Source of the DNA: Nemertoderma westbladi
Taxonomy: Eukaryota; Animalia; Xenacoelomorpha
Direction of reading: 5' to 3'
NCBI GenBank assembly: GCA_032718475.1
Contig: JAUCBJ010006878.1
Span: 1 to 48,843 of the forward strand
DNA length: 48,843 bases
Made by a program: the position numbers and the translations under genes. How positions within the stretch are numbered: position 1 is the first letter of the stretch; each line of letters starts with the position of its first letter. Shown here piece by piece: positions 1-12,274 of this stretch. The notes beneath the pieces are model-generated. The model ran no database searches. It was not told where the DNA came from and saw nothing but the letters and a program-made list of their open reading frames with translations.

Positions 1-1
1 A

Positions 2-2784
2 ATTTTAATTAAACATGCAGAGTTACGCAAAAAAGAGTTATGTGCGAATTTTTTATCACTTAAAGCGAAAATAAGAAGGGTTACAGACACACATCAATGC
101 AAGGAATTAATAACTAAATGTCACAGGTATTTATTTAGAAAATCTCAAGAAATGTACAGTCGTATTTTGAAGAAAAAACAATCACTAATAAAGGAGATTA
201 CAAACTACCAAGGGGAAGTAGGCCAATCAGAAATAAGCCCAACACAAACCCCCTTACAGAATATACACCAGCATGAAACACACGCCCGGCATAGGTTTGG
301 ACACATGCACACTTTGCAACGTTCACGTAGTCGATTTAGAAATAGACAGAAGCTGGCCGAAAAAATAGAGGACGGTATAAGAAACAATATTTGTGACCCA
401 AGAGTATTTGATCCGTTAGTAGCAGATGGCTTGTCCCTATCTGACAATCAAAAAACGCTACTTCGATTGGGACCTTCATTTTGCCCCACACCAATGACTG
501 TTGATTTGTATCAAGCACATTTGGACTTCAATGACTTTGCAACTAGATTACGTGACAAATACAACCAGGTAATAAAAGGAGTCGATGTAAATACTGAAAA
601 AGAATCATTGAATACTACCCAGGATGATGACGATAACAACGAATCGAGATGCAAACCAAAACAGCCATGGGAGGTAAGTAAACATTTTACTAAACCATCC
701 GGAAATAGTACGCTGGAGCAATTTTTAACAAATATATATACTGAAACGTTTAGTGATGAGAACATGAAATACGTGGAAGACAATCTCTCTTCAGGAGAAA
801 GGGAGGCTCTTAGGGAACTGAAGCGGGCAATAAAGGATGATGAACAAGGAACCATTCTTAGGATACAGGATAAGGGCTCAAAACGCTTTGTTCTAACCAG
901 TAAGGATAATTACGTAAGTGCAGTTGAAGATTACCTAGGTGACACTAATATTTTCATTAAACATAGTAATGATCCTACAGGTAAATACAAGAATAAAATA
1001 AAAGAATTTGTTAATAAATGGAAAGATACAGTACCAATAATTAAACGTTGTGAAAAATGGCTCACAAAGGATGACGTCAAACCTGGAACTGCTTTCGCGA
1101 ATGTGAAGACACACAAACCAAACTGGCCATTAAGGAATATTTTATCGGCCTGTGGGACAGCCTCAGAGAATCTGGGCCGTTTTCTAGAACATTTTTTAAA
1201 AAATTTTGCCACTGCACATAAAGCATATCTCAAAGACACACGTCATCTAATAAAATGGATTCAACAACAGAATAAAAGATTTGCCCCCTTTCCCACTTCA
1301 GCAAAACTTATTTCTGTAGACATTACAAACTTCTTCCCTTCAGTGGATAACATAATGGGTATTGCAGCAGTTAGGAGAACAATTACGGAACACCCAGATT
1401 TATTACTAGAAGACTCTCCCCCAGTAGAATGTTTGACTGAAGCTCTAGAATTATGTTTAAATTGTAATAATTGTAGTTTTAATGGAAAACATTACACACA
1501 AGTGGATGGGTCGGCAATGGGCCCATCATACTCTTGCTCTTACACAGACATTTTTGGTGCTGAATATATTGATACAGCAGTCCGAACTTCACCAAAGCCT
1601 CCAGAAGAATGGAAACGATTTAGAGATGATGGAATAGCTATTACACTTGAACAAGAAGATGAAGATATCGGTATTCTGATTGACCACCTCAACAATACCG
1701 TTAAACCTGGGAAAATAAAGTTTAAATTAGAAGAATATGGAAGGAAAATTAATTACTTAGATTTAACTATATTTTTTGATGACAATGGAATACTTCAAAC
1801 AAAAATATACCACAAACCAACAGACGTCCATCAATATATATGTCCGCACTCAGCCCATCCGCACAGTCAACTTAAACACGTTCCATATGGGGTTGCCCTA
1901 CGATTGAGGCGTAACAATTCACGAATGGAGGATTTAATGCAAGCACTTTATGAATATGGAGCAGCATTCATTGCTAGGGGTTGGAGAATGGCCGATGTTA
2001 CTACACAATTTGCAGCGGCAGCTATTCAGACACAGTTAGAATCTCTACAAAATGATAAAAAACGAAATAAAAGTAAATATACCATATTTTATGTTAGTAA
2101 CACTGAACCTATATTAGGATCAATACAAAAGATAGTAGACAAACATACACCTATTCTAAGAACAGACATCAGGACCAAGCAACTCATTGACTCTTATAAA
2201 ATAGTAAATATTAACCGTAGGGCCCCTACGCTAAAGGGAATTTTAGCTCCATCCAGTTTAACATCAAAGCAGAAGAACCAGGCAAATACAACACATGCTG
2301 GATCTAAAAAATGTACAAGACAGAAATGTATACCATGTGAAGCGATAAAACCAACAAAACAATTCGGATTAACCTCGACCCGTTTGAAAACTAAATATGA
2401 AATTAAACAGCGCCTTACCTGTGATGACAAAGATATAATATATTTAGCAAAATGTAAAATATGTAACTTACAAGGAATCGGATCAACAGAAACATTTAAA
2501 CCAAGGCTATCACAATATAAGTGTAATATAAAGAATCATAAGCCACAAACGACTATAGAGAAACATTTTGTAAAAATGAAAACCATGATTTTTCGCATTT
2601 CGAAATAACACCCATTGAAAAGGTTCATTACAAAGGCAGGGGAAAGAAAGATCAGCGACGGGAGATCCGTACAAGGGAAGGATACTGGCAGTGCACCTTA
2701 AGAACAATCAAGCCATTTGGTCTCAACACTATAAATGAAGCGGTTTGCAGTAATTTCGGCTTAGACGTATTTAATCCAGATTAG
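2..2784 (+). CDS. PLE reverse transcriptase-GIY-YIG polyprotein, 5'-partial, one frameshift near 2575
   Basis: Frame is open from base 2. RT motifs SVDITNFF, GSAMGP, RFRDDG, YLDL, YHKPTD; CTRQKCIPC; IIYLAKC..GIGST. The endonuclease C-terminus (NHDFSHFEITPIEK...REGYWQCTLRTIKPFGLN) continues in another frame after the A5 run at ~2572-2576 and stops at TAG 2782-2784. Confidence 0.9.
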
Positions 2785-2874
2785 AGAACTCATTATGTAG
2801 ACTAATGTACTGTAGACGCTTAATTTCATGGAAACTGTAATGAATTAGCTATTTATTTATTTAATTATTTAAAT

Positions 2875-2914
2875 CACTTGAAAAAGAAATATTATATTAT
2901 TTCGAAAGCTTGTG
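2875..2914 (+). ncRNA. Minimal type-I hammerhead-like ribozyme motif with non-canonical core
   Basis: CAC-[TTGAAAAA]-GAAATA/TATTTC stem II-GAAA-GCTT-GTG, with AAGCTT palindrome at stem III; lies 3' of the PLE ORF where PLE hammerheads are usually found. Confidence 0.55.
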
Positions 2915-2991
2915 TAATTTCTTATAATTTTTATTTAACGTGGTTGATCTTGGTTTCCTTACAATTATATTTATATATTTTATTATATATA

Positions 2992-3540
2992 TGTTAGCTT
3001 ATCCAATTCCGCTAACATGAACCCACAAAGTAAGCCGTTGAGCAATATTGGGAGCACGAGGTTGATTACCAATCAACCTCGTGTCAGCCCAGTAAACGGG
3101 GACAATAGGCCCCAAAGGAGACACACACAATAAGGGTCAGGGGCCAAACCCCTAACAGAGAGAGAACAACAGGGGCAACGGGAAACACACCAGGGAAGGT
3201 GAAAGGGCGAGAAGTGGGATATTAGCCAATGGGGGGACAGCATCGACTAGGTACAGTAATATGGCCAACTGTGCAGTACATATATTACCTGTTGGTGCTT
3301 CCCTATTCAGTTTAGTTTACTCAGTCAGATCAGTAGGGTGGAACGGGGACTTCTGTCACCGTCCGCTACCGCCATCATACTTATCTACCGGTAACCGTGT
3401 CATACTATACTGTGCTATATCAGACTATTATACCTTTATACATATTACCGAACATCAGAACTCTTTTACCTTTCACACACGGCGGGGACGCGTGGATAGA
3501 AAACCCAACGGATAAACCGGGATCCGTAGATCCCGTCACA
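2992..3540 (+). repeat. 5' LTR of element A
   Basis: TGTTAGC...GTCACA; appears identical to 36465-37013 by eye; contains a 13-bp hairpin at 3055-3083 and CCAAT at ~3226. Confidence 0.95.
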
Positions 3541-3549
3541 GTGACAGAA
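3541..3549 (+). promoter_or_regulatory. PBS-position sequence GTGACAGAA, complementary to LTR 3351-3359
   Basis: Directly follows the LTR; no TGG; reverse complement TTCTGTCAC is at 3351-3359. Confidence 0.65.
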
Positions 3550-3670
3550 TCAGATACGCCCAGCTGCCCTGACAGTGATAGAATCCTAGCAGCTGCCCTA
3601 ACAGTCTGACAGTGATAGAACTAGATCCAACCAACTGACAGACTGTGGCGGCCAGCCGCCAAAGACGAAG

Positions 3671-6600
3671 ATGAGTCGAGAGAAAGGAACGACACCGCCG
3701 CGGACCCCGGACGACGATCTAACGATCCGCGAGGCCACGGCGAGACGATACGAACCCACGACGCCGGTCGATGCTACGCCGACCACGTCGACGCACGTTG
3801 ACGCCACGTCGATAACGAGCGACCCGGCGAACCAAGATGTGGGGGGTCGTCTACAGAGAGAGGACGAGTCGGGAGTCGAAAGGGAGAAAGACGAGTCGAC
3901 AAGGAGCGAGGGTCGACGTACCGATGTCGCCGGCCAGCCACAGGCCGAGGACGACGAACGGTCCACCGGAACGGCGACGGTGGGGCCGTCGGTACGACGT
4001 CGGACCCGGAGAGATGGAGGAGAGGTCGGCGACGAGGACGTCGGGGTTTCTGATCGACTTCGACGGGCCTACAACGCGACCCGGGAACTACTAAAGGAGG
4101 CCAAGGAGGGGGCGAGGATAGACGAGGTCAAGATGAAAAAAGGACTAGGTGAGTCGAACAGATACTTTGATCACCTAGTGTGTTCTGGGCAGAGAGAACT
4201 AGCCGAGGAGAGAGCGAGGGGGGTTGCCAACGAACTGATTGAACTATGGGAATGTGGGGGTATGGAACCTAGCGTAGTGTACGTAGGGCCATACTTAGTT
4301 GATGCCTGGGGAGTAAAATTAGTGGGTTGGAGGAGACCTGAGGAGGGCGAATCCGAGGTTAAACCCGAGGATTCGGTCTCGTCGGTCGGAGGAAGTTCCG
4401 GGAGGCGGGGGAAAGTTAATAGGACGGAGGGGCGGCGGGAGTCCGTCGCAACCGATAAGTCTGCTACATCCTCCGCAAAAGAAAGAAGGGTGCGGGAGAT
4501 AAATCTGACGTATAAATTAGAAATGGCGGCGAATAAGCAGAATGGGTTAGAGAGACAATTGAGGGGTAAAACCGCATACTTAGAGAAGTTAGGAGAGTTG
4601 GCGAGGGAGTATAGAAAGAGAGTCGAGGAGTGTATAGAGCGGGAGATGAGAGTAGGGGACGAGCCGGCGATGTGGCTTGAGATAATTGCGAGAGTTGAGT
4701 TGTTCGAGCAGCGTAACCGAGAGAGAGAGATAGAGGCAGAGCGTGAGCGGGATGATTTGCGTGCCCAGCTAAGGGGGCTTGCGCAATATCAAGCCAAACT
4801 AGACCAGCGCCGACTAGAACTGGCGCGGTTGGAAATATCAGAGAGTGAGACCCCACTTACATACACCGGGCGAGAGAACCAGAACTGGTGTAGCCGTACG
4901 GGCGGGGGGGGGTAGTAATAGTACGTTAGAAATAGTTAACATTAATAGTACCGTAGTAAATAACCCTAATCCCTTTATTACAGGAAATAATATTTTACCT
5001 GGTAGTAGTAATTTAAATTTAAATTCAAATAATAATATTAATTCAAATATTCAGAATAATTCTAATTTAAATAATTTAAATCCCGTTTCAAATTCTAATA
5101 ATTTAATTGATTTAACAAACAATATTGGGAATGGTGCTATTAATATGAGCGTGTCGGACGTACATAACCCGGCAGACGGGGGCCTGGTAGGCCACGTGCT
5201 TAGTAGGCAGGAGGTGGCAGGGTTGAGCCAACCCGACGGCGGCCTGGTAGGCCACGTAGTTGGTAGACAGGAGGTAGCGGGGTTGAGCCAACCCGAGGTG
5301 GGCCTGGTGGGCCACGCAGTGGTAGAGAGAGAGGCGGGGGGGAATAGACCCAGCCGTAGTAAAGACAGTGCGTCGACTAGAGAGGGGTGTAGAGACGAAG
5401 TAAGAGATAGTGAAGTTAGATGTGGCGAGTGGGGGGGGGGCTACCGGCGCCCCGGAAGTTAGATGTGGGGAGTGGGGGGGGGGGCTACTGGCGCCCCACC
5501 ACATAAGACTAGTGGCGAGAGAGGGGGGGCAGAGAATGCCCCACAAGGGGGGTGTAGAGGTGTAGTAGGAGGTAGTGAAGTTAGAAGTAGTGGGTGGGGG
5601 GGGGGGGGCTACAGGAGCCCCACCACGAAAGATTAGTGGCGAGAGAAGGGGGGTAGAGAATGTCCGACAAGAGGGACGCAGAAGTGTAGTAAGAGATAGT
5701 GAAGTTAGAAGTGGCGGGTGGGGGGGGCTACGGGCACCCCACCGCGAGAGATTAGTAGAGAGAGAGGGGGGGCAGAGAGTGTCCCACAGGCATCGGCGGA
5801 TAATGCGCGGGCCGAGCTAGGTAAACCGCAACACCCGGCGATGGAGAATAATAAGGGGATTGCGAGTATCCCCAGCGGCGTGCGATCGAGCAGAGAGAGG
5901 TAGGTTGATGTCGCGAGAGGGCAGGCGAAGCGTCGAGCCCGATCAGAAGAGGGAAGAAGAACAGTGGAGTTTAACCGGGAGGTCGACGAGAGATCTCACG
6001 AGCGGGAATACTGCACGAAAAGGGGAAGAAGAGAAGATAGTAGAAGAAGTGTCGCCACGAACGATAGCAGTGTGAGGACAGATAGCGGACCGTCGATAGT
6101 AGAGATGGAGTTAGGGAGTCAGTGGGGTCGAACTTCGGGAGATTGCCGTCACCCCGGAGAAACGCACCGCACGCCAAGAGAGGGGTACAGGAGGTACCAA
6201 TACAAAGTCGAGAACAGGAGAGGGGATCGAAGAGAAGCTTCCCGACGGGATATAGCTGCCGATCGAGAGTGCAGTAGTCGCGGGGAGATTCGAGATTCGC
6301 GAAGAATAAACTTCGGTTCGGAAGGGCACATGCAGACTGCAGGACATACTGTAGGCCTTACTGCACATACTATTATAGGCCATGCTGGGAGAGATAGAGT
6401 AGGCGATGGGGTAGCGCGAACGACGGGATTAAACCCGGAAGTCGCGGAGTACATACCGGTAGGTAGGCGAGAGGTAGGTAGGCCTATATCGGTACAGCAG
6501 CATGACTATAATACACAGGGACATAACATATATCCAGGGGAGGGGGGAGTTATTGGAGATAGACGTATGGGCCCCAATGTATTAACATCAACCCCAGTAC

Positions 6601-6777
6601 CAAACATACCGGCCGGGGGGGGACAGGGTGACATTCCCCCATCACAATATCGACAATATACCCCGATAGGAGCAAGAACATCTAACTCCCTGGACGAGAG
6701 CAGGTCGTGCGGACAGTCACCACCACACGCGGCCATACAGGGGACTGCTAGTCCACAGTTAGCTGGTAGCAGGGCCA
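3671..6777 (+). pseudogene. N-terminal part of element A gag-like polyprotein, broken at G homopolymers and by the LINE insertion
   Basis: Consecutive ORFs 3671-4915, 4845-5462, 5718-5903, 5964-; BEL-gag-like PEDSVSSVG motif, coiled coil, LNPEVAEYIP; several frame changes coincide with G runs. Confidence 0.65.
5170..5790 (+). repeat. Coding tandem repeats: 60-bp unit x3, then ~120-bp G-rich units
   Basis: (D/E)xGLVGHxx repeated three times; GAAGTTAGA..GGGGGGGCTAC repeated four times. Confidence 0.75.
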
Positions 6778-7149
6778 CATTCATTCATTTCATTTCATTC
6801 CCGGATTTGGCCCCGGTGGCTTTAATTGAATTAAAATGTTAAAACCAAATATATAAAACGTCACATGACCGGTACTATAAATATTACAAAACATGACCGG
6901 TATATATAGACGATAAAATATTGCAAAACACATAAAACAGCAGAATATTATACTATACATACTTTGCTCTATCGATAGAATAAAATATTTAGGGTTGCAC
7001 AATATAATATATATTTTGTCCCAAGATCGTTAAAATATTTAGGGTTGCAGAATATAATATATATTATTTTTTGTCCCAAGATCGTGGTCGGAATTCTAAA
7101 CAATCTATTATTGTTTTTCCTAAGTACCACACCAGTGTATGTGTTGCTT

Positions 7150-10100
7150 CTAAACTATTTGCCACCTGGGTTGAAAATATTCAACTAACACGTCATGTTT
7201 TACGTTGAAATTATACTTGGGTTTATTTAAAACTACCTGCATATATAGTGCGTCAAAGTGAATGCTGAAACGTGTGTTAATTAAGTCGTGTTTTCCTTCC
7301 TGTTTTTTCTGATAAATGATCTGTTTAATTTTGTATTGATTAATTGAGAGCGCTTCTAGCGATGGAATTCCAAGTTGAAATGCGTATCTGCTGTAATCTT
7401 GTAGCATTAAATCTTTCGATATTCCCGCTATGTGGTGAGAAAGGAAGTAATAAGAGAGATAGATCCCCTTGGTATTAGAATTGAATGCGCTGTAATTAGA
7501 GCGAAGACTTGCTGACTTTAGAAGAAATTCGAAATTTGGAATGAGGAATGTACTATCTATTGTTTGGTCGGATACATAGTTTTTGACAGATAGTATGCTT
7601 CTCAGTGCTTTATACCAGGTTATTTTAATATCTTCTATAATGTTACTTGGAATGCAAGCACATCCATAAAGTGCTGATGGTAAGCAGACCGTATTCCATA
7701 TTAGTCTAGTAATATCAAATGGAACACTGTCAGCTCCAAACCCATTCTTCTGTAATTGGTGCAGATTTCCCCATATGCGCTTGGTGTAATGGTCTCTTAA
7801 CTTCCAGTTTTCTGCTGGTAGAGGAAGACCCAAGAAAGAAATAAAATTCGATTGAATGATAGCAGTGCCACTCTCCAAGTACACTTGTTCATCTTTACGT
7901 GGAATCATTCCAGATGGGATCTCAAGTTTCGTGTAGCTTGTGACAAACCATGTTTTTCTCAAATTTAATCTCAGGTTGTGCTTTTTGAAATAACTTTCAC
8001 AAGTAGTTAGCAAGAACTGTGCGTCGTTTTTGAGGTTAGCCATAATAATTAAATCATCCGCATATGCCAGCATTGGAAATGATATTTTGTTTAAGTGCAG
8101 TCCTTTCCCGGATTGTTCGAGTTCTTCGACTAGGTCTCGCATGTAAAAATTAAAGAGGAATGCAGAGATGATCCCTCCCTGGCGTACTCCCTGCTTTAAC
8201 ACAATAGATTGTCTGGATATAATGTTATTCAGGGCTATAAATGCTTTTGACTGGTAGTAATAAGATGCTAAAGTTAGAAGGATTGATTTGTCGATGTTGG
8301 TGTTCTCCAATTTGTCGAAGAGGGTCTTGTAAGATACAGTGTCAAAAGCTGATGAAAGGTCTAGGGATATAATATACACGTTTGATCCATGGGAATTGAA
8401 ATGTTTTGTTAATCTGTTTGCTAGGATGTATGGCAACTCTGTGCTTTGTCCACTTCTGTAGCCCATTTGAAGATCACTAAGTCTGATCTTTTTTATTTCA
8501 TTCACTATTAGGATCTCCCATATTTTAGTTAATATTGGCATCACCGAGATAGCACGGTAATTCTCATTGGTATGTATATCTCTATTTCCTGGTTTGAGGT
8601 GGGGAAGAATGAGAGTTAAACATAAAGTTGTAGGCATGTGGTGTGACTTGTTTATGGAGTTATATAGGACTGCAAGAAAATTATATAATTCTTCTGAGTC
8701 ACCATATATCAGATGTTCTGAGGTAAGACTATGCGCGTCGGCTGCCTTATTTCTGTGCAAACTTTTAACTGCCTCCTTGATTTGGCCTGGCGTGATATTA
8801 ATTTTTGTGTCGTTTGCTGCAGATTCATGAGTGGTATCACTTGCAGTCCATTCATCTTCAGTATTGTTCCCATTGAAAAATGATTTATAATGCATAAATA
8901 AATCATCAGCATTTGATACAGGAACATCTTTCTTTTGTTCTTTCTTAATGCTCCGCCAGAATTTAGTTTTATTATATTTACTGGAAGATAATAATTCAGT
9001 GATGTGGTGAACATATTCACTGTGTTCTAATTGTGATCTAGCTTGGAGATACTCAAGTTTCTGAACTGCAGACAATTCTGTTGTGTTGTGTAACTTACAA
9101 TATGTATCTGCAGGGTCTTTAAGGGTAGTTCTTCTTCTGCGCTGTTTCATTATGTGCCGTTTAGGTCGAATCAAGGGGATGTATTTGGTGGCACTTTTGT
9201 ATACTGTTGAAATAAGTTGAGAGGTCGCTTTCTCTAAAGTGCTTTCTATGGACTCGTTCTCTGTAAGTCGTTTTTCCAGTGTTTTAATGTTCTCTGTGAC
9301 TTCTTTTTTGTAGTTGTTAACTTGTTGCTCTGTGGCTCTGTTGAATAAAAACCTTACTTTTTTCCTCCTTTTCCAGAGTTCTTCATGGTTTTGTTCGCCT
9401 CTATTTCCTTTTCTGGTTATAGGTACAGAAAACGCACAGCAAACAGGAAGATGATGTGATTTGTTTAAGGTACTTCTGTTTATAACCCTGTAGGAATCAA
9501 CAAAGCAGGTTAGACCAGCGGATGACACAATATGATCAATTCTTGATGATCTTATGACGTTCCCTCTTTTATCGTGGAATTGGTATGTTGATAAACTTTG
9601 ATTCTCATGCTGGGTGTCTATGAGATCAAGATCGCACTCGCTAAGTATAGTACTTGAGAATATGTCTCGGAATGTATCTGTTTTCTTTTGTGGGTGTCGA
9701 GTTTGCTTGATTAGAGATGGATTACAATTTATGTCGCCGATTATCAGGATGTCTGATGAATTGTTGTAATCTTTAATGATTGATGCTAAGGTGGCTATGG
9801 AGGCAAGATATTTCTCTCTGTCGTATATATTTCCACCATTTGATGGCAGATATACAGCTAGAACAGTGATTTCTTTTTGATATAGTTTCTTTATAGAGAT
9901 TCCAAGAATTCTATCAGATCCCGTGTCTATCTGTGAGCAGAAGCTACTGACATCTTTATCAATAAGAAGTGCTACCCCACCCTCTCCCCTAACCCGTTTT
10001 TTTGCTTCTAACATTTCGCTTGCTACTGTGTAATAGCAGGTGTATCCATTTGGTATATTTTCATTGCTGAAGTAAAACCGTGCTTCACGTGGACTAAGCC

Positions 10101-10305
10101 AGTGCTCTTGAAGAGCTAGAATAGTTGGATTTGTTTCAGTTATCAGAGAATGTATATATTCTAGGTTGTTTTTATATCCTGTACAGTTGTAAGTTAAGAC
10201 ATTAAGGTTTTTTGATGTTCTCGTCTCAGTTTCTAAGTATATTTCTTTTGTACCAGTTATCTTAAAAACAATAGTTCCTGCCTTCGTGTAGTTGTCTCGT
10301 TTCAT
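7150..10305 (-). CDS. LINE ORF2: APE endonuclease + reverse transcriptase (1051 aa)
   Basis: TYNC, LQEHW, VYLPS, GDIN, IDH, SHHLP; YRAIS, LDLSSAFD, GVRQGG, YADDL. Confidence 0.95.
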   Translation of the reverse strand: MKRDNYTKAGTIVFKITGTKEIYLETETRTSKNLNVLTYNCTGYKNNLEYIHSLITETNPTILALQEHWLSPREARFYFSNENIPNGYTCYYTVASEMLEAKKRVRGEGGVALLIDKDVSSFCSQIDTGSDRILGISIKKLYQKEITVLAVYLPSNGGNIYDREKYLASIATLASIIKDYNNSSDILIIGDINCNPSLIKQTRHPQKKTDTFRDIFSSTILSECDLDLIDTQHENQSLSTYQFHDKRGNVIRSSRIDHIVSSAGLTCFVDSYRVINRSTLNKSHHLPVCCAFSVPITRKGNRGEQNHEELWKRRKKVRFLFNRATEQQVNNYKKEVTENIKTLEKRLTENESIESTLEKATSQLISTVYKSATKYIPLIRPKRHIMKQRRRRTTLKDPADTYCKLHNTTELSAVQKLEYLQARSQLEHSEYVHHITELLSSSKYNKTKFWRSIKKEQKKDVPVSNADDLFMHYKSFFNGNNTEDEWTASDTTHESAANDTKINITPGQIKEAVKSLHRNKAADAHSLTSEHLIYGDSEELYNFLAVLYNSINKSHHMPTTLCLTLILPHLKPGNRDIHTNENYRAISVMPILTKIWEILIVNEIKKIRLSDLQMGYRSGQSTELPYILANRLTKHFNSHGSNVYIISLDLSSAFDTVSYKTLFDKLENTNIDKSILLTLASYYYQSKAFIALNNIISRQSIVLKQGVRQGGIISAFLFNFYMRDLVEELEQSGKGLHLNKISFPMLAYADDLIIMANLKNDAQFLLTTCESYFKKHNLRLNLRKTWFVTSYTKLEIPSGMIPRKDEQVYLESGTAIIQSNFISFLGLPLPAENWKLRDHYTKRIWGNLHQLQKNGFGADSVPFDITRLIWNTVCLPSALYGCACIPSNIIEDIKITWYKALRSILSVKNYVSDQTIDSTFLIPNFEFLLKSASLRSNYSAFNSNTKGIYLSYYFLSHHIAGISKDLMLQDYSRYAFQLGIPSLEALSINQYKIKQIIYQKKQEGKHDLINTRFSIHFDALYMQVVLNKPKYNFNVKHDVLVEYFQPRWQIV

Positions 10306-11038
10306 TTGCAGAACTACTGTAGAATATATGATGTGGTCTCCGTGCTGGTAAAGTGCCAGGTGAGCTGTAAGTTGTTGGAGTTGGTAGTAGCGGTGGCCTT
10401 CTTGGGAAGGTTGTCAGTTTGTCTCTTTCCAGCATATGTGAATTCTTCAGCATGGGATTCATGTAATACTGGTGCAGGTAGCTATACCTTGAATTACTTG
10501 TGGTTCCACATGTTGGGATTGTAGAAGTGGTGGAATTGACTCCTAATTGATTAAGATTTAGTCTGTCTTTATTGTTCTGTCTAGTAAAATTGTGCATTTC
10601 CTGTGATTTCTGAGAATTTGTTCTGCTATAAACATGTTCTGTTAATTCCCTGCGCCGTTCACCAAGGACTGGTAAGTTGTGCTTCATTGGATTAATAGTG
10701 TCGGAAGAATTTTGAGCAAATTTGTTTGTATCTTTAACTGAGTGCAATACTTCAATCTGTAAATTCTTCCATGGCCACATATTGTAATAGAGATAGGTTG
10801 CAACTTCCTCCTTTTGTACATCAATGTGAGCAGTACTTTCTGCCTTTTTAGTATCCTTTGCGATTAAGCAATTTGTAGGGTAGGTCCCTGTTTGTTTAAA
10901 GCATATATTTCTCAGTGTCTCTGCTGAGATATTTGGGGGAAGGCCCGAGATGATGATTGTTTCTTTGTCTTGGGAAGACTTCAGGGGTTTGTTGTACTTG
11001 AGCTTTCCTTCTAAGTTATTTGCAATTTTCTCCATCTT
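10262..11038 (-). CDS. C-terminal segment of LINE ORF1 (RRM-like), joins in frame to 28262-33771
   Basis: Removing element B and one ATCTT gives ...QFIEK-MEKIANN...; IIISGLPPNISAETL RRM-like stretch; overlaps the ORF2 start by 44 nt. Confidence 0.85.
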   Translation of the reverse strand, partial: KMEKIANNLEGKLKYNKPLKSSQDKETIIISGLPPNISAETLRNICFKQTGTYPTNCLIAKDTKKAESTAHIDVQKEEVATYLYYNMWPWKNLQIEVLHSVKDTNKFAQNSSDTINPMKHNLPVLGERRRELTEHVYSRTNSQKSQEMHNFTRQNNKDRLNLNQLGVNSTTSTIPTCGTTSNSRYSYLHQYYMNPMLKNSHMLERDKLTTFPRRPPLLPTPTTYSSPGTLPARRPHHIFYSSSANETRQLHEGRNYCF

Positions 11039-12266
11039 TGTTCGCGCTTTTGAAGACCTTTAGCAGTTTAACCTGCCAAAATTTATATGTCTTTTAGTTA
11101 ATTAACACACCTTTAGCATACGACAATATTTTATGCTAATAAACAAAACATTAGCCGAAGCCAGCCCATGCGCGATCATTCACCCGATGGATCTACACCC
11201 GGGAGGCTGAATTCGGATGCTTAGATTTATTATTGCAGTGTAAGGTTGCAGTGTAAGCCTACTGTATTATTCGATTGATCGCTAATATGTAATTTCTGAC
11301 AGATATTATTAACTTTCGGGAAATATTAACAGTTCCTTTAGGACGTGGCGCTCTATCTATTTAAACAGAGCTAGGACTTATACTAAACGCAACGATAAGG
11401 CTTATGATTAAAGTATAAGTCGCATTCTTTAGGAAATGCTTTGTTACCAGTCACATCACACTCACAATCATGCACACTATTCTGCCGACCGTCAGTATAT
11501 TTGATCACACATAAAGAGAACAGCAATTGACTCAGGTAGTGTCTACTAAATAACATTAGATTCAATACACACCACATTGATATAAATCGCAATTGTTATA
11601 TATAGCCCGCCTCTCTAACCTGTAGTGTATCAATAAAATTGGGAATTTTGGGTGATTTATCCGTATTCTCCAAAGAGCAATATTTCCATCAACAAATAGA
11701 TACAATTAATAACTGACGGTAAATAGCAGTACAAACAATATGATTAGTGCAGTTGAATTAAGTGAGGTAACACCGCCGGTAACAGTTATACTTTCTATAA
11801 TCTAAGCAGTTTTACTAGAGTTCTTAGAGCCGGTGTTTCTGGCTTAGACAGCAATAACAACAAAGTATCAAGTAAAAACAGTAAGACTGAACACTCTCCT
11901 TATGATCGGCCGAAAAGCTACACGTCGACAGGAAAAATCGCTCTGATTGGCTCAAGCCAAACAAAGAACCATGCATCCAATGGCTGTTTCCATGTCAGCA
12001 ACCAGCTGTTAGATGTCGTAATATGAATCATCACGGCTAAGCTGTGAAAGGTAGTTGGTGCATTGCAGGTTTTTTGCCTTACCATGTCCGCCAAAACACG
12101 TATATAGCAGAATGACTTTTATGTCCGTTAAAACACGTGTAACGGTACCTTGCGGGCGAGGGGAATATATATACAGTTAGAGAACCTTTTTAGAGTATTC
12201 CAGCGCCTGGGGGGAAACTGGATTGCGAAGCAAAGGGGCCAGTTATATCCCACAGAAGCTTTTACA
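11039..12266 (-). repeat. 3' LTR of element B
   Basis: Matches 27034-28261 with about 2 substitutions seen; AATAAA on the minus strand at ~11226-11231. Confidence 0.95.
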
Positions 12267-12274
12267 CCGCTCCC
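12267..12274 (-). promoter_or_regulatory. Polypurine tract of element B (GGGAGCGG)
   Basis: Purine-rich tract abutting the 3' LTR on the minus strand. Confidence 0.6.

Larger units (their letters stand above)
1..2991 (+). mobile_element. Penelope-like retroelement (endonuclease-positive, Neptune-like), truncated by the left window edge
   Basis: RT + Cys-rich linker + GIY-YIG ORF, followed by an AT-rich 3' region with a hammerhead-like motif; ends at the insertion site of LTR element A. Confidence 0.88.

Noticed and set aside
3261-3515. Duplicated small ORFs (3261/36734 and 11383/27378)
   Set aside because: Identical only because they lie in LTR pairs; no protein features
4900-4915. Programmed frameshift at the G run
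   Set aside because: Several G runs break the frame inconsistently; slippage or sequencing error is simpler
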